Shown: positions 27,269 through 39,287, counted from the first letter of the stretch. The stretch: DNA of 64,000 nucleotides from Thalia democratica (GCA_965202585.1 OZ241827.1:59024001-59088000); one strand, 5' to 3'. Notes: generated from the sequence alone by a model not told the origin. Numbers and translations: made by a program.

Positions 27269-28033
27269 CAGTAACCTTTCGCTTATTTACGCACATTGTG
27301 TCCACAGAAAAAGTGCGTAAAGATATGAGAGATCGTAAAGAAACGAGAGGTACCAAATATACTCACTAAAATGGCTGTTTTTTAATATTGCTTCTAGTTA
27401 AAAGCAGACTGGGTACTTTCCCACTTATAACAATTTGTTTACTTTATTTATAAATATGAAAACAACAGATAAAACTATACATATATTAAAAAAAAGATTT
27501 GAATTTCTATAAAATAATAATATGAGTAGAAATAATTTTACTATTTTAACAATAAGTAGAAATTATCTTTATTTTTATTTATATGTGACATTTATATTCT
27601 ATTCTACTTAGCAAATTCAATTTATAATTAAACATTTCTTTACAATTATAAATTGATGTTTATTAATATATAATGCAAGACTGCTGTATTATTTCTTTGT
27701 GTTTTAAACTCTCATTATTTCATTATTAAAAACATCATGTTTATATCAGAATTATGATTTAATCTCTTATTGTTTACAAATTTCTGATATACTGAGGTAT
27801 AACTAAATGTTTATCAATTAGTCAAGGAACATAAATTTACAAATTCTAAAGATATAGAGAGGTGTGTTAGCATTCAAAAATATATTTTAATTTAAAAATA
27901 TACATTAAACCTAATTTGTGCAATATTTAAAAAAATAAAAATATTTATTTTCTGAATTTTATAGAATTCTGAAATGCGTAACTAAACGAGAGTGCGTAAC
28001 GTCACGAGTGCGTAAAGATCCGAGAGGTTACTG
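27269..28033. mobile_element. Tc1/mariner(pogo)-type MITE, 765 bp
   Basis: TA|cagtaacctttcgcttatttacgcac ... gtgcgtaaagatccgagaggttactg|TA: ~26-bp imperfect TIR, TA duplication, subterminal gtgcgtaa repeats, no ORF. Confidence 0.8.
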
Positions 28034-29168
28034 TACACGTTTTTGGGTCTACTTTTGGTTGAAGTAAAGTTTTAAAACTATTAAAGTAGTATAAAATCAT
28101 TGAAAAGATACGGTAAAACTAATTTAGTTGTTTTTTTAATAAAATCGTTTTAAGGATGATAAAAAGTTTATCTAGTTGATTTTTCATGTCAAATAAAAAT
28201 TAATAATATTTAAGATGCTTAAAAATTCCCGGTTATTTAGTAGTTTTTGTTTGAAATTCCTGGGTTTGTGGCAACCCTGCAGACACAAGAAATAGACGCT
28301 GTGAATTAACATTCAATATTTAAGACATGAGTAGTCTATATCTCTCTCTTACTGAGGTCTCCATATGTTAAAATCATATAAGTTTATTACTTTATAGGTA
28401 AAACAATAATTTCCTTAAGTCAATATAAAACATTCAGTAACAGGCAGCAAAGGCCCATCAAATTTGAATGTAGCGAATTAAAAACAAATTAGAATGTTCC
28501 AGAAATTACTAAGCACAATTTTTCAAAACAGGTATATATATATTCTGTGCGGACTGTTATAGGCGAAAGTACGGGCATTAGGTAATATTTAGGGGAAATT
28601 CAACTGTCATGTGCAACTTACCATTTTTATATTTAGACTGTTAAGTTTACATGGTATATTGCAGCACTGTTCCTACTGAACATCTTTGGCTGCAGTTGTT
28701 TAGTTTTGAAAATGTTCTCATCTATAATATTAGGCAATTGAGGTATAGAGATTATACAGAAGAATATCGAGAACATCTATAACATTATTCCTACCCATAT
28801 CTCTCACCCCTAACCCACCTTACTAAGATACATTTAAATAAACAGATACAAATTATTACTTCAATTAGAATTTTAGCCCATTAAAGCGACCTTAGAACTG
28901 CAGCTGGCGCAACTTCTTTTAGCAGCTAAACTATATTCCAGTTTATTTGTCGAGCTTAACTTTTTTGTAAGCTTACAGCTTTTAATAGCGTAAATAATTT
29001 TTAATTTTCTAAACTCAAAAAAAACAGGCTCAACTATAATTTGAATAACTCAAATGATTAAGTAATTCTTAACTATATAGTTTTAATTTAGTACATATTA
29101 GACACAATAAATCTTTTTTTATTTGAATAAGTTTTATTACGCATTTACTATACAAATACAAACAAATC

Positions 29169-29310
29169 GGCGTTGCCATTCCCCGCTCTAGAACACGATT
29201 CAGCTTCAGTTGGTGACAACCCTCTTGAAGCATTCTGCTCGTACATTCAGGTGCTTTCCCAACTTCCGGATGGTGACAACCCCGCAACGCCACTTGCTCG
29301 TACAGTTTCA
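29169..29310. other. GC-rich structured block preceding the hairpin array
   Basis: Perfect 8-bp inverted repeat ggcgttgc (29169) / gcaacgcc (29284); two direct copies of tggtgacaaccc...gctcgtaca; CpG-rich within AT-rich surroundings. Confidence 0.55.
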
Positions 29311-29740
29311 GTAAACAACCTGAGAAACTTTTTCTAGCCAGTAAGGAAGCTCAACATAGCGTAATTAATTTAAAAGAATTATTCATGTCATAATCATTTT
29401 AGTTATCAAAAATTGAAAAATTTATAAAAAATTAAATAATAAGGAATCATTATAGATTTATATAAACTTTTTGCTCTACCAAAAAAATAAATTTTTCAAC
29501 TGCTTAGTCAAAAGCTTTATAGAACTTCTTAAACTTTAGTAAAGCATCACTTTTAAAAGCAAATTTTGGTAGTGTCTTAAAAGGAACAAATTTCCTAACA
29601 TGACAAACTAGAACTAACATGGACAAATGTCAGGTAATATTTATTAATCTGACTAAAACAAATGAAAGTTTTTGAACAACTTTTTTATAAGTATTAACAA
29701 TTTAACTTTTTCAAATCTTTAAAAATTAAAAATTGAACAA

Positions 29741-32700
29741 CTGTACATTTGGTTGGGGTCTGATTAAACGATCAGAACTTTACCATTATCCCATTGTAGT
29801 AGGCTGACTTTTAAAAACGTAAGACGATTATAAAACACTGTACAAGTAGTAAAAGATTTAATATCTGTCGATCATCAAATCATAGCAACAAAATTACCAA
29901 AAATAACATCGAAACAAAACATTTAAAAAACGACTTTAATTGTAAATCACAACATATAAAACTGTACAATAGGTAGGGATCTAATCAAAAGATCAGAATT
30001 TTACCAAGATCCCATAGTGGTAACCGTAGCTCACAATTCAAAAAAAAAGTAATACACTGTACAAGCAATAAAGGAGTTAACACGGGCAAATTATCATTGT
30101 GATACAAATCAATTATTACGTCATAGCAACTTATGCGTGGTCTCAATTTAAAAAAACTGTACAACAGGTAGGGGTCTGATCTAAAAATCAGAATTTTACC
30201 AAGATCCCTATGAAATGCTTATTGGATAAAAAAAATCAGCTGCGTAAAATAAAACAAAATATGTACGTAATATACACAAAAGCAAAGAGTCAGGTGTGTG
30301 ATGGCCGCAGTACTCGGAAAGCTTTTTGATTTTTTGAAAAATGTAAAATATTTTGATGAGAACCAAATCACAACAAGAAAAAAACTGTACATTTGACAAG
30401 GGATTCGCACGTTTTAGCGTGGAAAATTCGTCAACTAAGCCCTTTATAAATGTTTATCCTTACGTCGTGAAAGAAGCGGAATCTCAGAAAAACAACAACA
30501 AAACAATATTTACATTTGGTAGGAAATTGATCGGTGGATCACATTTTACCCAGATTCCTACCCAGTGCTGGTTTGCAATCAATGAAGGAGCGAGATAACT
30601 AACATGTAAAATATACAGTCTGCCTGTCCGCAGCACTCAGACAGCGCATGGTGCGAGTTTGAAATTTTTAAAATTTTTCTTAATAAAAGATGGCGCGCAA
30701 AACAACAATACAAGTAAAACTGTACATTCGACAAGGGATTCACACGCTTCACGTGGAAAATTCGTCAACTAAGCCCTTTATAACCTGTCAAGTGATTTGT
30801 CATTTAGTTTATAATCAGGCGAAAAAGAAAACGTTAAACACAAATTACAATTCAAAAAACAAAAAAATTTACAATGCAGTATATACACTTGAAAAGTAAA
30901 ACATAATTGAAAAACTGTACAATAGGTAGGGATCTGATCAAAAGATCAGAATTTTACCAAGATCCCATTTGTAAGGTTCATTGTCATAAAAATTAGCAAC
31001 TGCAAGTAAGCAAGGCAAATAAAATAAAACGTACTAAGTCAAGAGTCTGCTGTTACGCAGCACTCTGAGAGTATGTTTAATGTGCGGTTTTGAAAAGTTT
31101 CAACTTTAGATCAAGCTTAGCAAAAGATAGCTTAAATCAGAAAAAAATTACAACAAATGAAACTGTACATTTGACAAGGGATTCACACGCTCCACGTGGA
31201 AAATTCGTCAACAAAACCCTTTAAATTGATTTATAGTAAACAATTGGACGAAAAAAAAGTCAACACAAATAACAACTCAAAAAACATCAATATTTACAAT
31301 TCGGTAGGGGTTTGTGTTTCAACAAACTTTTCCAAGATCCCTAGGTGCTCTGCAGTCCTTCCAGTCAGGTTAAAATACACACGCTGATCACTGTACAACA
31401 AAAATAAAGGGAAACACCCCAAATCGATATTCAATTGACAAAATGGGCATTCTTTATACAACTTTATATATGTACAACAGAAGGGATGAGCCTTTTGACT
31501 CATTTTACACCCTTTAACAGAAGTAGTGCGAAGACAACTGCGAAAGATAAGATAACAAAGAAAATTTAGCTGTACAAATATACAATTTGAGTTTTTTATG
31601 CCGATAACAATCATCAAGAGCAATAGCTGTTTTAGCTTAGGATTATAAATATGATACAAACATTAAATCAAAGATACTTTTATTTATCTTAATTTAATTA
31701 AACAAAATCAACTTGGTTGATAATGCAATATGCACAACCTAAAACAACATTCCTAAGCAAAACAACTGACGTGCTTGAAAAAGAATAAAAACTTGGTTAA
31801 CTAAAAATTAATGCGATTTAGACATTAAAGTAAAATACATTATAAAATGGTGCGATCCATTGGATGAGCAGTTGGACGAACATCTTTAGCTTAGGGAAAA
31901 CCAAAAATTAAGTCTGTACAATTGAAGACGTTAAATAAAGTTCAAATACACGGAAAATCAATATTAGGTACTCTTCCCTAGTTTCTTTTTATAACCTTTT
32001 TGAGAGAACTTATATTAGTCAAAAACGGAATTTAAAATACAACTGAACAACACAAAAAATCTGTACAATTGAAGGGGACCGCTCTTTTACGAGGGTTCTT
32101 TTCAACAACCCTCTTTTATTAATGATAATACTGCTGATGACGCTACTTCTAAACTTCAAATACACAAAAGTCCTGTACAATTAATATGAAGTACTCACAT
32201 GGTTCTTTTTGCACCCACGCAACAACGAAATTCTGAACAAAACTGAATTACACAAAAAAATTTGTACAACTGAAGGGGACCACTCTACACGAAGGTTCTT
32301 TTCAAAATCCCTTTTGCTTAATGATATTAGTGTGTTGTTCCAAAAACAATATAAAACCTCAAAATAAAAACTGTACATTTGAAAGGGGACCATTTTCAGG
32401 TTATGGTGCTTTTCAAAGCCCTTTAATTACTGATATCACTGCATTCTTTAAAAATATATAAAAAAATCAACAAGAATATGTATACAAGAAAGAAGCCATG
32501 TATGGTCCTTTTAAGAAGCATCTGTCTGTATTTAGCTATGCAAAAAAAAAACTGTACAATTGAAAGGGGACCATTTTCAGGTAAATGGTGCTTTTCAAAG
32601 CCCTTTAGACATAATTGAACGTATATAATAAATCTTGGGACACAAAAAAATATCTGTACATGTGAAAGGGGGACCAAACACTGCTAGTAGCAGCGTGGCT

Positions 32701-33760
32701 CTTTTCAAAGCCCTTTTGATTAATGATATCAGATTCAAAAACTTATTAAAATTCAACAACAAGAAATATGAACATAAGAAGCCATGTAAGAGTTCTTTAG
32801 GGAGCATCTGTTCTACATAAGTTTGTCTGTGTTTAGCTATCGACAAAAAAAAAGCAAATCTGTACAATTGAAAGGGGACCATTTTCAGTTTATGGTACTT
32901 TTCAAAGCCCTTTTTATGACCAACCTTGAACAATGATACAATTTGAGACACAATAAAAAACAATCTGTACATGTGAAAGGGGGCCAAACACTGCTAGTAG
33001 CAGCGTGGCTCTTTTCAAATCCCTTTTGATTACCTTTGAACCTTTTGAAGCAACACTAATTCATTTACAAAACACAATTTTTAAGGGACTGAGAACCCTC
33101 TTTCATAGAGTGGGAACAGCAAAAATTCTAAAAGTTCGGATGGTAAATGCGTTACACTAAAGTAAGTTATAAACACAAAACAAAATATATACATGACACA
33201 ATTTTTTAGGGACTGAGAACCCTCTTATACAAGTTTTTTCACTAAAGGTCAGAAGCAATAAAAATTTACAAAGAAACTTAAAAATTAAAGTTCCTCAAAC
33301 CTGCATTTTGGCATCAATAAAATGTGGGTCAAATAATCAACAACAAAAAAACAAAATATATACAAAACACAATTTTTTAGGGACTGAGAACCCTCTTATA
33401 GAAGTTTTTTCACTAAAGGTCAAAAGCAATAAAGATATATTTGTACAAAGAAACTTAAAAATTAAAGTTCCTCAAACCTGCATTTTGGCATCAATAAAAA
33501 TGTGGGTTAAATAATCAACAACAAAAAAACAAAATATACACAAAACACAATTTTTTAGGGACTGAGAACCCTCTTATAGAAGTTTTTCCACTAAAGGTTG
33601 ATCAGAAACAAAAAAAATTATACAAAGAGAGTTTGACAAACACAAGTTCTGGCGAACCATTTGGTCATCTGAAGTGCATCAACAATAAAAGCTCAGCATA
33701 AATAAAAAACTATAAATAAAATATATACAATACACAATTTTTTAGGGACTGAGAACCCTA
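29741..33760. repeat. Array of ~25 hairpin units (CTGTACA leader + AGGG..CCCT stem); candidate ncRNA cluster
   Basis: Class A at 29741, 29962, 30157, ~30507, 30915, ~31293, 31471; class B at 30385, 30720, 31163; class C at 32061, 32262, 32371, 32552, 32654, 32860, 32965; class D at 33072, 33196, 33367, 33545, 33732; plus degenerate units. Spacers are A-rich and variable. Confidence 0.85.
33072..33760 (+). repeat. Five copies of the near-invariant core ACACAATTTTT(T/A)AGGGACTGAGAACCCT at 124-187 bp spacing
   Basis: Read directly at 33072, 33196, 33367, 33545 and 33732; the two central spacers are near-identical, the outer ones are not. Confidence 0.9.
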
Positions 33761-34410
33761 TTTTTCAGCGACTTATGTTTAAAATTTTAGGCGAAAACAA
33801 CAAAAAAAATCATTATATTTATAAATGTACAACCCACATCATTAGCCTACACACATTGTTGTCCAAAAAAATATTATTTCTAAAACAAGACTTTGGTTCA
33901 TTAAAAAAAAAGCAATTAACTATTACTTTTAAATATCTTTTGTTCGCAGAGTAAGAATTCAGCTTGATAAAAAATTAGTTTGCATGACAACAATGTGCAT
34001 AGTTACCAGGGTGTGCCGATGGGAGGCTGATGTGAGAAAAACTTTTAATAAATTTTCCAATAAATAAGTTAAACAAAAATAGTTGTCTAAATTCAACTGC
34101 AAATTGAAAAATTTATTAAAAGTTTTAACACCCCGCAGTACTTAAACAAAAAACTTCAAAACTTTTTATACAAACAGAGTTCCAAAGGTTTAATAAGAAA
34201 TTTCTTTTAGGTTTTGAAAATACAAGTTTTAAGGTCTATTTTTAGTATAAAATTAAGTTAAATTTTAAAAACTGCATTAAATAGTATTACAACATTGATA
34301 AAAAACTGTTAAGCTACTTTAAATGTGTTTTTTAGTAGAAATAAATTACTTCTATGGTTATTTATTTGTGTTAAATTAAAACTTTTTTTACATGTAAAAA
34401 TTTTTTTAAA

Positions 34411-34465
34411 TTCCAGGTTTTTTTTTATTCAAAATTTCAAAATTCCAGGTTTTTTGGCAACCCTG
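34411..34465. mobile_element. Isolated right end of the CAGGGTTGCCA TIR family
   Basis: ttccagg repeats followed by tggcaaccctg (34455-34465); a similar end gtggcaaccctg lies at 28268-28279. Confidence 0.45.
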
Positions 34466-36829
34466 TCCAACGATTAAAAAAAAATTAAGTTGATAAAGTT
34501 TTGTAAATCTAACTCTATAAATATATTGTTGGTTTTTACTATGTTTCTTTTTTTTTTTGAGAAAATAATGGCTGAGAAAGATAAACACAAGTTTTTTTTG
34601 GATAAAAAAAAAGCATTAATGGAAAAAGCTTACTTCAAAATTAAAGCATTATGACAAAAAAGGATAGCTTCACTGACACTTTGTACCACTGAAAAGTTGT
34701 TGCTAACTGTACTTAAGATCACAAATTCTTTGATTTATCTGCAAGAAAAAAATAGTTGAGTGGTATGCAAAAATCAACATAAATAATTATAACTAGAAAT
34801 AATGAAGAGTAATACACTACAATTTGGGGTTAATATTTATTCTATTTACTGCAACATGCCTTGTAATAACACTCAAGTAACTTAATTAAGCAAATTTACA
34901 ATATTTGCCTTATATTTTAACTCTTAACTACTACAAAAATTTCAAATTATTTTTAACTGGTATTTTCTACACAAGAATTTAATTGTAAATTTTTTCAACT
35001 TTTAATGTTGATAACTAACAAAAAAAGTGATATAATTTTTATCACACAATCTAAGCCATTATCTTACATCATACAAGCTAACATAACAAAAAAAGTATTA
35101 CTATTGTACATGTAAATTACCTGTAATCTTGTAAAAAAAACTATGAAAAGTGCACTTTGAATGAAGATATGTGAAAATTTAAGAATTTAGTGTAATTTAT
35201 TTATAATTTCCAGAAATTCAGGCTGATCTGACTCTTATTTAGAAGAAATAATTTTTTGAACCATAAGGTAACTTATAATCCAGGAAATTTTAATTAAAAC
35301 CAGTATTAAACTATCTTTTTTATTTTGAAAAACTCAGTTTTTTTAAAAACAGGTTAATAGATAATTTAAAATTAATTAAAACAATATAATTTTTTTTAAT
35401 TAATCTCTGAAAATTACAAGGGATTTCTTTTATAAACTAAACTTTGAATTAAAAACAACAAAATACTGATTTAGCTAGACTATAGCTGTTAATGGCAGTT
35501 TAAAACATCAATTATGGAACATATTGTTGTAAGAAACATATTAATAACTTAATAGATAATAAAATTTAATTTAAATGTAATATTAAAACAAATATTCTCT
35601 AAAAATATCCTATTATTATAAAAGCTGTCAATAGATAATCCAATAAAAACAAAACTTTCATTTCAAAAAATAAATGGAAAAAAATTTAATACAACAAAAA
35701 GTCGTTCTATAACATTTATTTAACAAAATAGAACCCTGTAAAAAAGAGTTGAAGTCATGTTATAGCTAGTTTTATTTATTGTTACTGAAATTTTGAATAC
35801 ACTACAGTGAACAAAATTTTTATAAAAATAGATTTTTTTATATTGATTTGCTTTTTTTGACTTAAACAAATATGTCAACATAGAAGCAAAAAATAAGCAA
35901 ATTGACTCAGTATATTCTTTTATTGGATTTGTAAACTTAGTAACTATTGTACATAAACAAATAGCATATTCTACAATGATATAAAAATACTAAATGCAAA
36001 AAGAGGTCTTTAAACTAAACAACTTAAATTCAAAATAGATATTTTATATGGAATCACAGGTTACTTAATAAGATTGCCACTATATATTAAAAGTAGAAGT
36101 AATTACATATACCTGTGTTATACTAGGAATATTTTAATTAATAATCAAGTAGGGAATAACTAATTTGATAATAAATAATGTAAACTATAATTTTAATGAA
36201 ATATAATTGAAGATGACTACTTAGGACTTTTGACTAAAACAACATGAAATAGTAGATGATAACTAATTTTTATGAAATAAAACTAACAGCAAACATTGCC
36301 TCTTTTTTTTTTTGAATGGGTGAAACTTACAACTTTAAAGATACAACATGGACATCATTAATGAGTTATAAATAAAATATTTTTTATTTTTATTTTTACA
36401 ATATTTAAAATTTTAATAGGTTTTGTTCATTGTAATTAACTTAAAATTTCATCATTGGTGGTAAACCTGTGTTTAATAGAGTTCAAAAAATTATATTGCC
36501 AATAAAACCTGAAACTTTTGACTATTTTTAAAACTATGATTTTTTTTTAATTTAGTTGTTATATTTCATCAAATTTATTTACTTATACTTTTATAACTTT
36601 ATATTTTTTGCCATAAAAATTAATTTCAACTAAATCAACTAGCTTATGTATGTTAATGAAAAGGAAATTATAATGAGTTAGATGTTTTAATTTAAAAACA
36701 TATTGAAAGCTAGGACCTTTTACTTAAAATAAAAACAGACTTCACATTCTTAATTATGAGTTAGAATTAATGGTTAATTATGGTCACCTCTTTTTTAAGT
36801 ATAAGATAATACAGCATGAGTGAATAATA

Positions 36830-38059
36830 CATGGTTGCCACTGATCAAGCTAAGAAAAATTTCCTGACTTTTTATCAAAAATTTCCTGACTTTTCTAAAT
36901 CAAACTTTTAAATAAAACTTATTCTAAAATACATAATCTAACACTTGAAACTATATAAAGCTTTCAATCTATTTTTGATACAGGTTAAAAACAACAGTTT
37001 TTTTGCTAAATTCTATCATCAAACTTCCAGTACATCACTTAAATCATCTGTGTATGATTGATGTTTGTAATAAACAGCTCTATCAGCAAAATACTTGTAT
37101 TATTACCTTATAAACACAGCTTGTCTGAAAAAAGACACAATTTTTTAGCATTTCCTAGCATAAATGTATCTAGATAAACAAATGACATATAAGGAACTTT
37201 TACAATTAAAACCTTGAATTAATAATTAACTTTCACAACTAAAATCTTAAAGCAACAATAAAACTGTACAGTTGAAACCTTAAAACTAAACTATATATCT
37301 GTTGTATAAAACATTTCATCTTATCATTTAGTATAAAATTTGTAACAAATAAATATACTCTTATATACTTTAAAAACTTCAGTTTCTCTACAAAAATACA
37401 AATAATAAGTAAACTTAATCTTGACATATACCTCTCTTATAACTTATTTTATAAATTTATTATTTCACTAAATTTAAAAATTATAAAGAGGTAAAGTTAC
37501 ATAAAATACTAATCTAACTGATTAGTTATAAAGAACTCAATTATTAACTTAAACAAAAAACACTTTGATTCTAAAATTATGCTAAATCAACTTTTGTGTA
37601 TATATCACAGTTTCAATATTAAAGTGTCCTTGCTACAGATCATCAATACTAAAAAGCTTAGAAAATCTGCTTGTTCAAGTAAGCTACTTGTTCAATATGT
37701 TAATAGAAAATTTTTGCAGTTTTATAAAGGATATTTTACTAATTTATACCAGATAAAGGCATTGGAAATAAAATTAAGTATTTTTGTAAATCTCTAGGAA
37801 AATTTTGGAATTTTTTCTGACTTTAAAGGACTTTTTATTAATTTTTACATTTTGAAGGCTTTTGAAAACAAGGAATTCTGAAATTTAAACTGACAAAATC
37901 TGACTCTTTTTTTTTAATTTTATCAAATTTCCTGACTTTTCCTGACATTTTTTCAAAACCCCCCATTTTTTCCTGACTTTTACTGACTTTTGACATTTTT
38001 TAGAATTTTTCCTGACTTTTCCTGATTTCCTGACTTTTCCTGACCGAGTGGCAACCCTG
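36830..38059. mobile_element. Non-autonomous TIR element, CAGGGTTGCCAC family (~1.2 kb)
   Basis: Left end ta|catggttgccac, right end gtggcaaccctg; subterminal tttcctgac repeats near both ends (36861-36895 and 37930-38045). Confidence 0.6.
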
Positions 38060-38850
38060 ATAATAACTAGCCTTAGTTGTAGCATACCTTAGTCAGCCAG
38101 TGCTAGTGAGAAACCTAAAACTAAAAGTATTGATATCAAAATAGCTTCAAAAGTTATGTTAATTAAGTTTTAATTTATTGAAATAATATAATGAAAACAA
38201 TATTAAATATTAAGAAAAAAGATGAATAACAAGAAATTAATGTCAGGAAACTAGTTGAGCTATCTGAAAAATCTAAAAAGCTAGATTTTTGCACAAAAAA
38301 CTGCAAAAAAGCTTGATTCAACTTTATTTTTCTGAGGTGTGTGGCAATTTGTATTGTAAGGGTGTGTCAACCTTAGTTGAATAAAAATTCTAAACTTAAC
38401 TGAAAAAGAAAAGATTTAAAGCATGAAACATAATAATTAGTAAACCATTTTGGTGTATTAATATTACAAAAAAACATGTCTTATTTTTCAGTAAAAGAAC
38501 ATGTTTGTACTACTTACATAAACATACAAACATGCATAAAGCTACAAACAACCTTTATACTAATATAGATATATCTAGAGATTATATTATGAACAAAAAA
38601 AGGTTAAATTAACTAACGTATCATATTTGAATTACAGGACTACATATCGAGTATCATATTTGAATTTTGACATAATTTTATTTAAAATAACATAAGTGTT
38701 TTACAGTACTAGGTTTTTTTGTGTATGTTGTCGACCATGGGGTTCAATTTTGCAACATGAAAGTCAGTGAGTAAAACAGAAGTTAAACTACTTATAAACT
38801 TACTATATTTATTGAATTAAAACTAATTAATTTATCAAAAAAAATCTTTA

Positions 38851-39287
38851 CAGGGTTGCCACACACTCCAGGAATTCAGGGAAACTCAGGGAATTTTTAA
38901 GTTATAGAAAATCTCAGGGAAACTCAGGGAATTTTAATTCTTTTTTTTAACTCTGGGAAACTCAGGGCAGTTTTGGTTTTTTCTAAAAATTTTAGGGAAA
39001 TTTTTAGATTTTTTAAAAATATCAGGGAAAACTTTTTCTCGATCTAGAATGAGATTTAATTAATCCAGTGTCAATATTTTGTTCAAAAAAGTTAATTTTA
39101 TTAATTTTTAAGTGCTTATTTGGAAATTGTTTAGCCTTGCCGCTAGTTCTATAATATTCTTAGGATTACCATTGTAATTTTTCAATAAATAATAAATTTT
39201 TCAAAGATTTTAAAAAAACTCAGGGATACTAAGGAAAGTTTAAGGTTACTCAGGGAACATTCTTTGACTCAAACAGTGGCAACCCTG
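38851..39287. mobile_element. Non-autonomous TIR element (437 bp), TA-flanked
   Basis: TA|cagggttgccac ... gtggcaaccctg|TA: perfect 12-bp TIR, internal ctcagggaa repeats. Superfamily not assignable from sequence alone. Confidence 0.85.

Noticed and set aside
29741-33025. let-7 star or hammerhead ribozyme (CUGUACA resembles let-7* starts and CUGAUGA)
   Set aside because: No TGAGGTAG arm on either strand, and the hammerhead CUGANGA/GAAA core with correctly placed stems is absent.
30208-33514. Short ORFs within the hairpin array (e.g. 32595..32987, 31294..31659)
   Set aside because: Frames are not preserved between homologous units.
29741-33760. CRISPR array
   Set aside because: Eukaryotic intron-containing context, no cas ORFs, repeats fall into divergent classes, and spacers vary widely in length and are partly homologous to each other.
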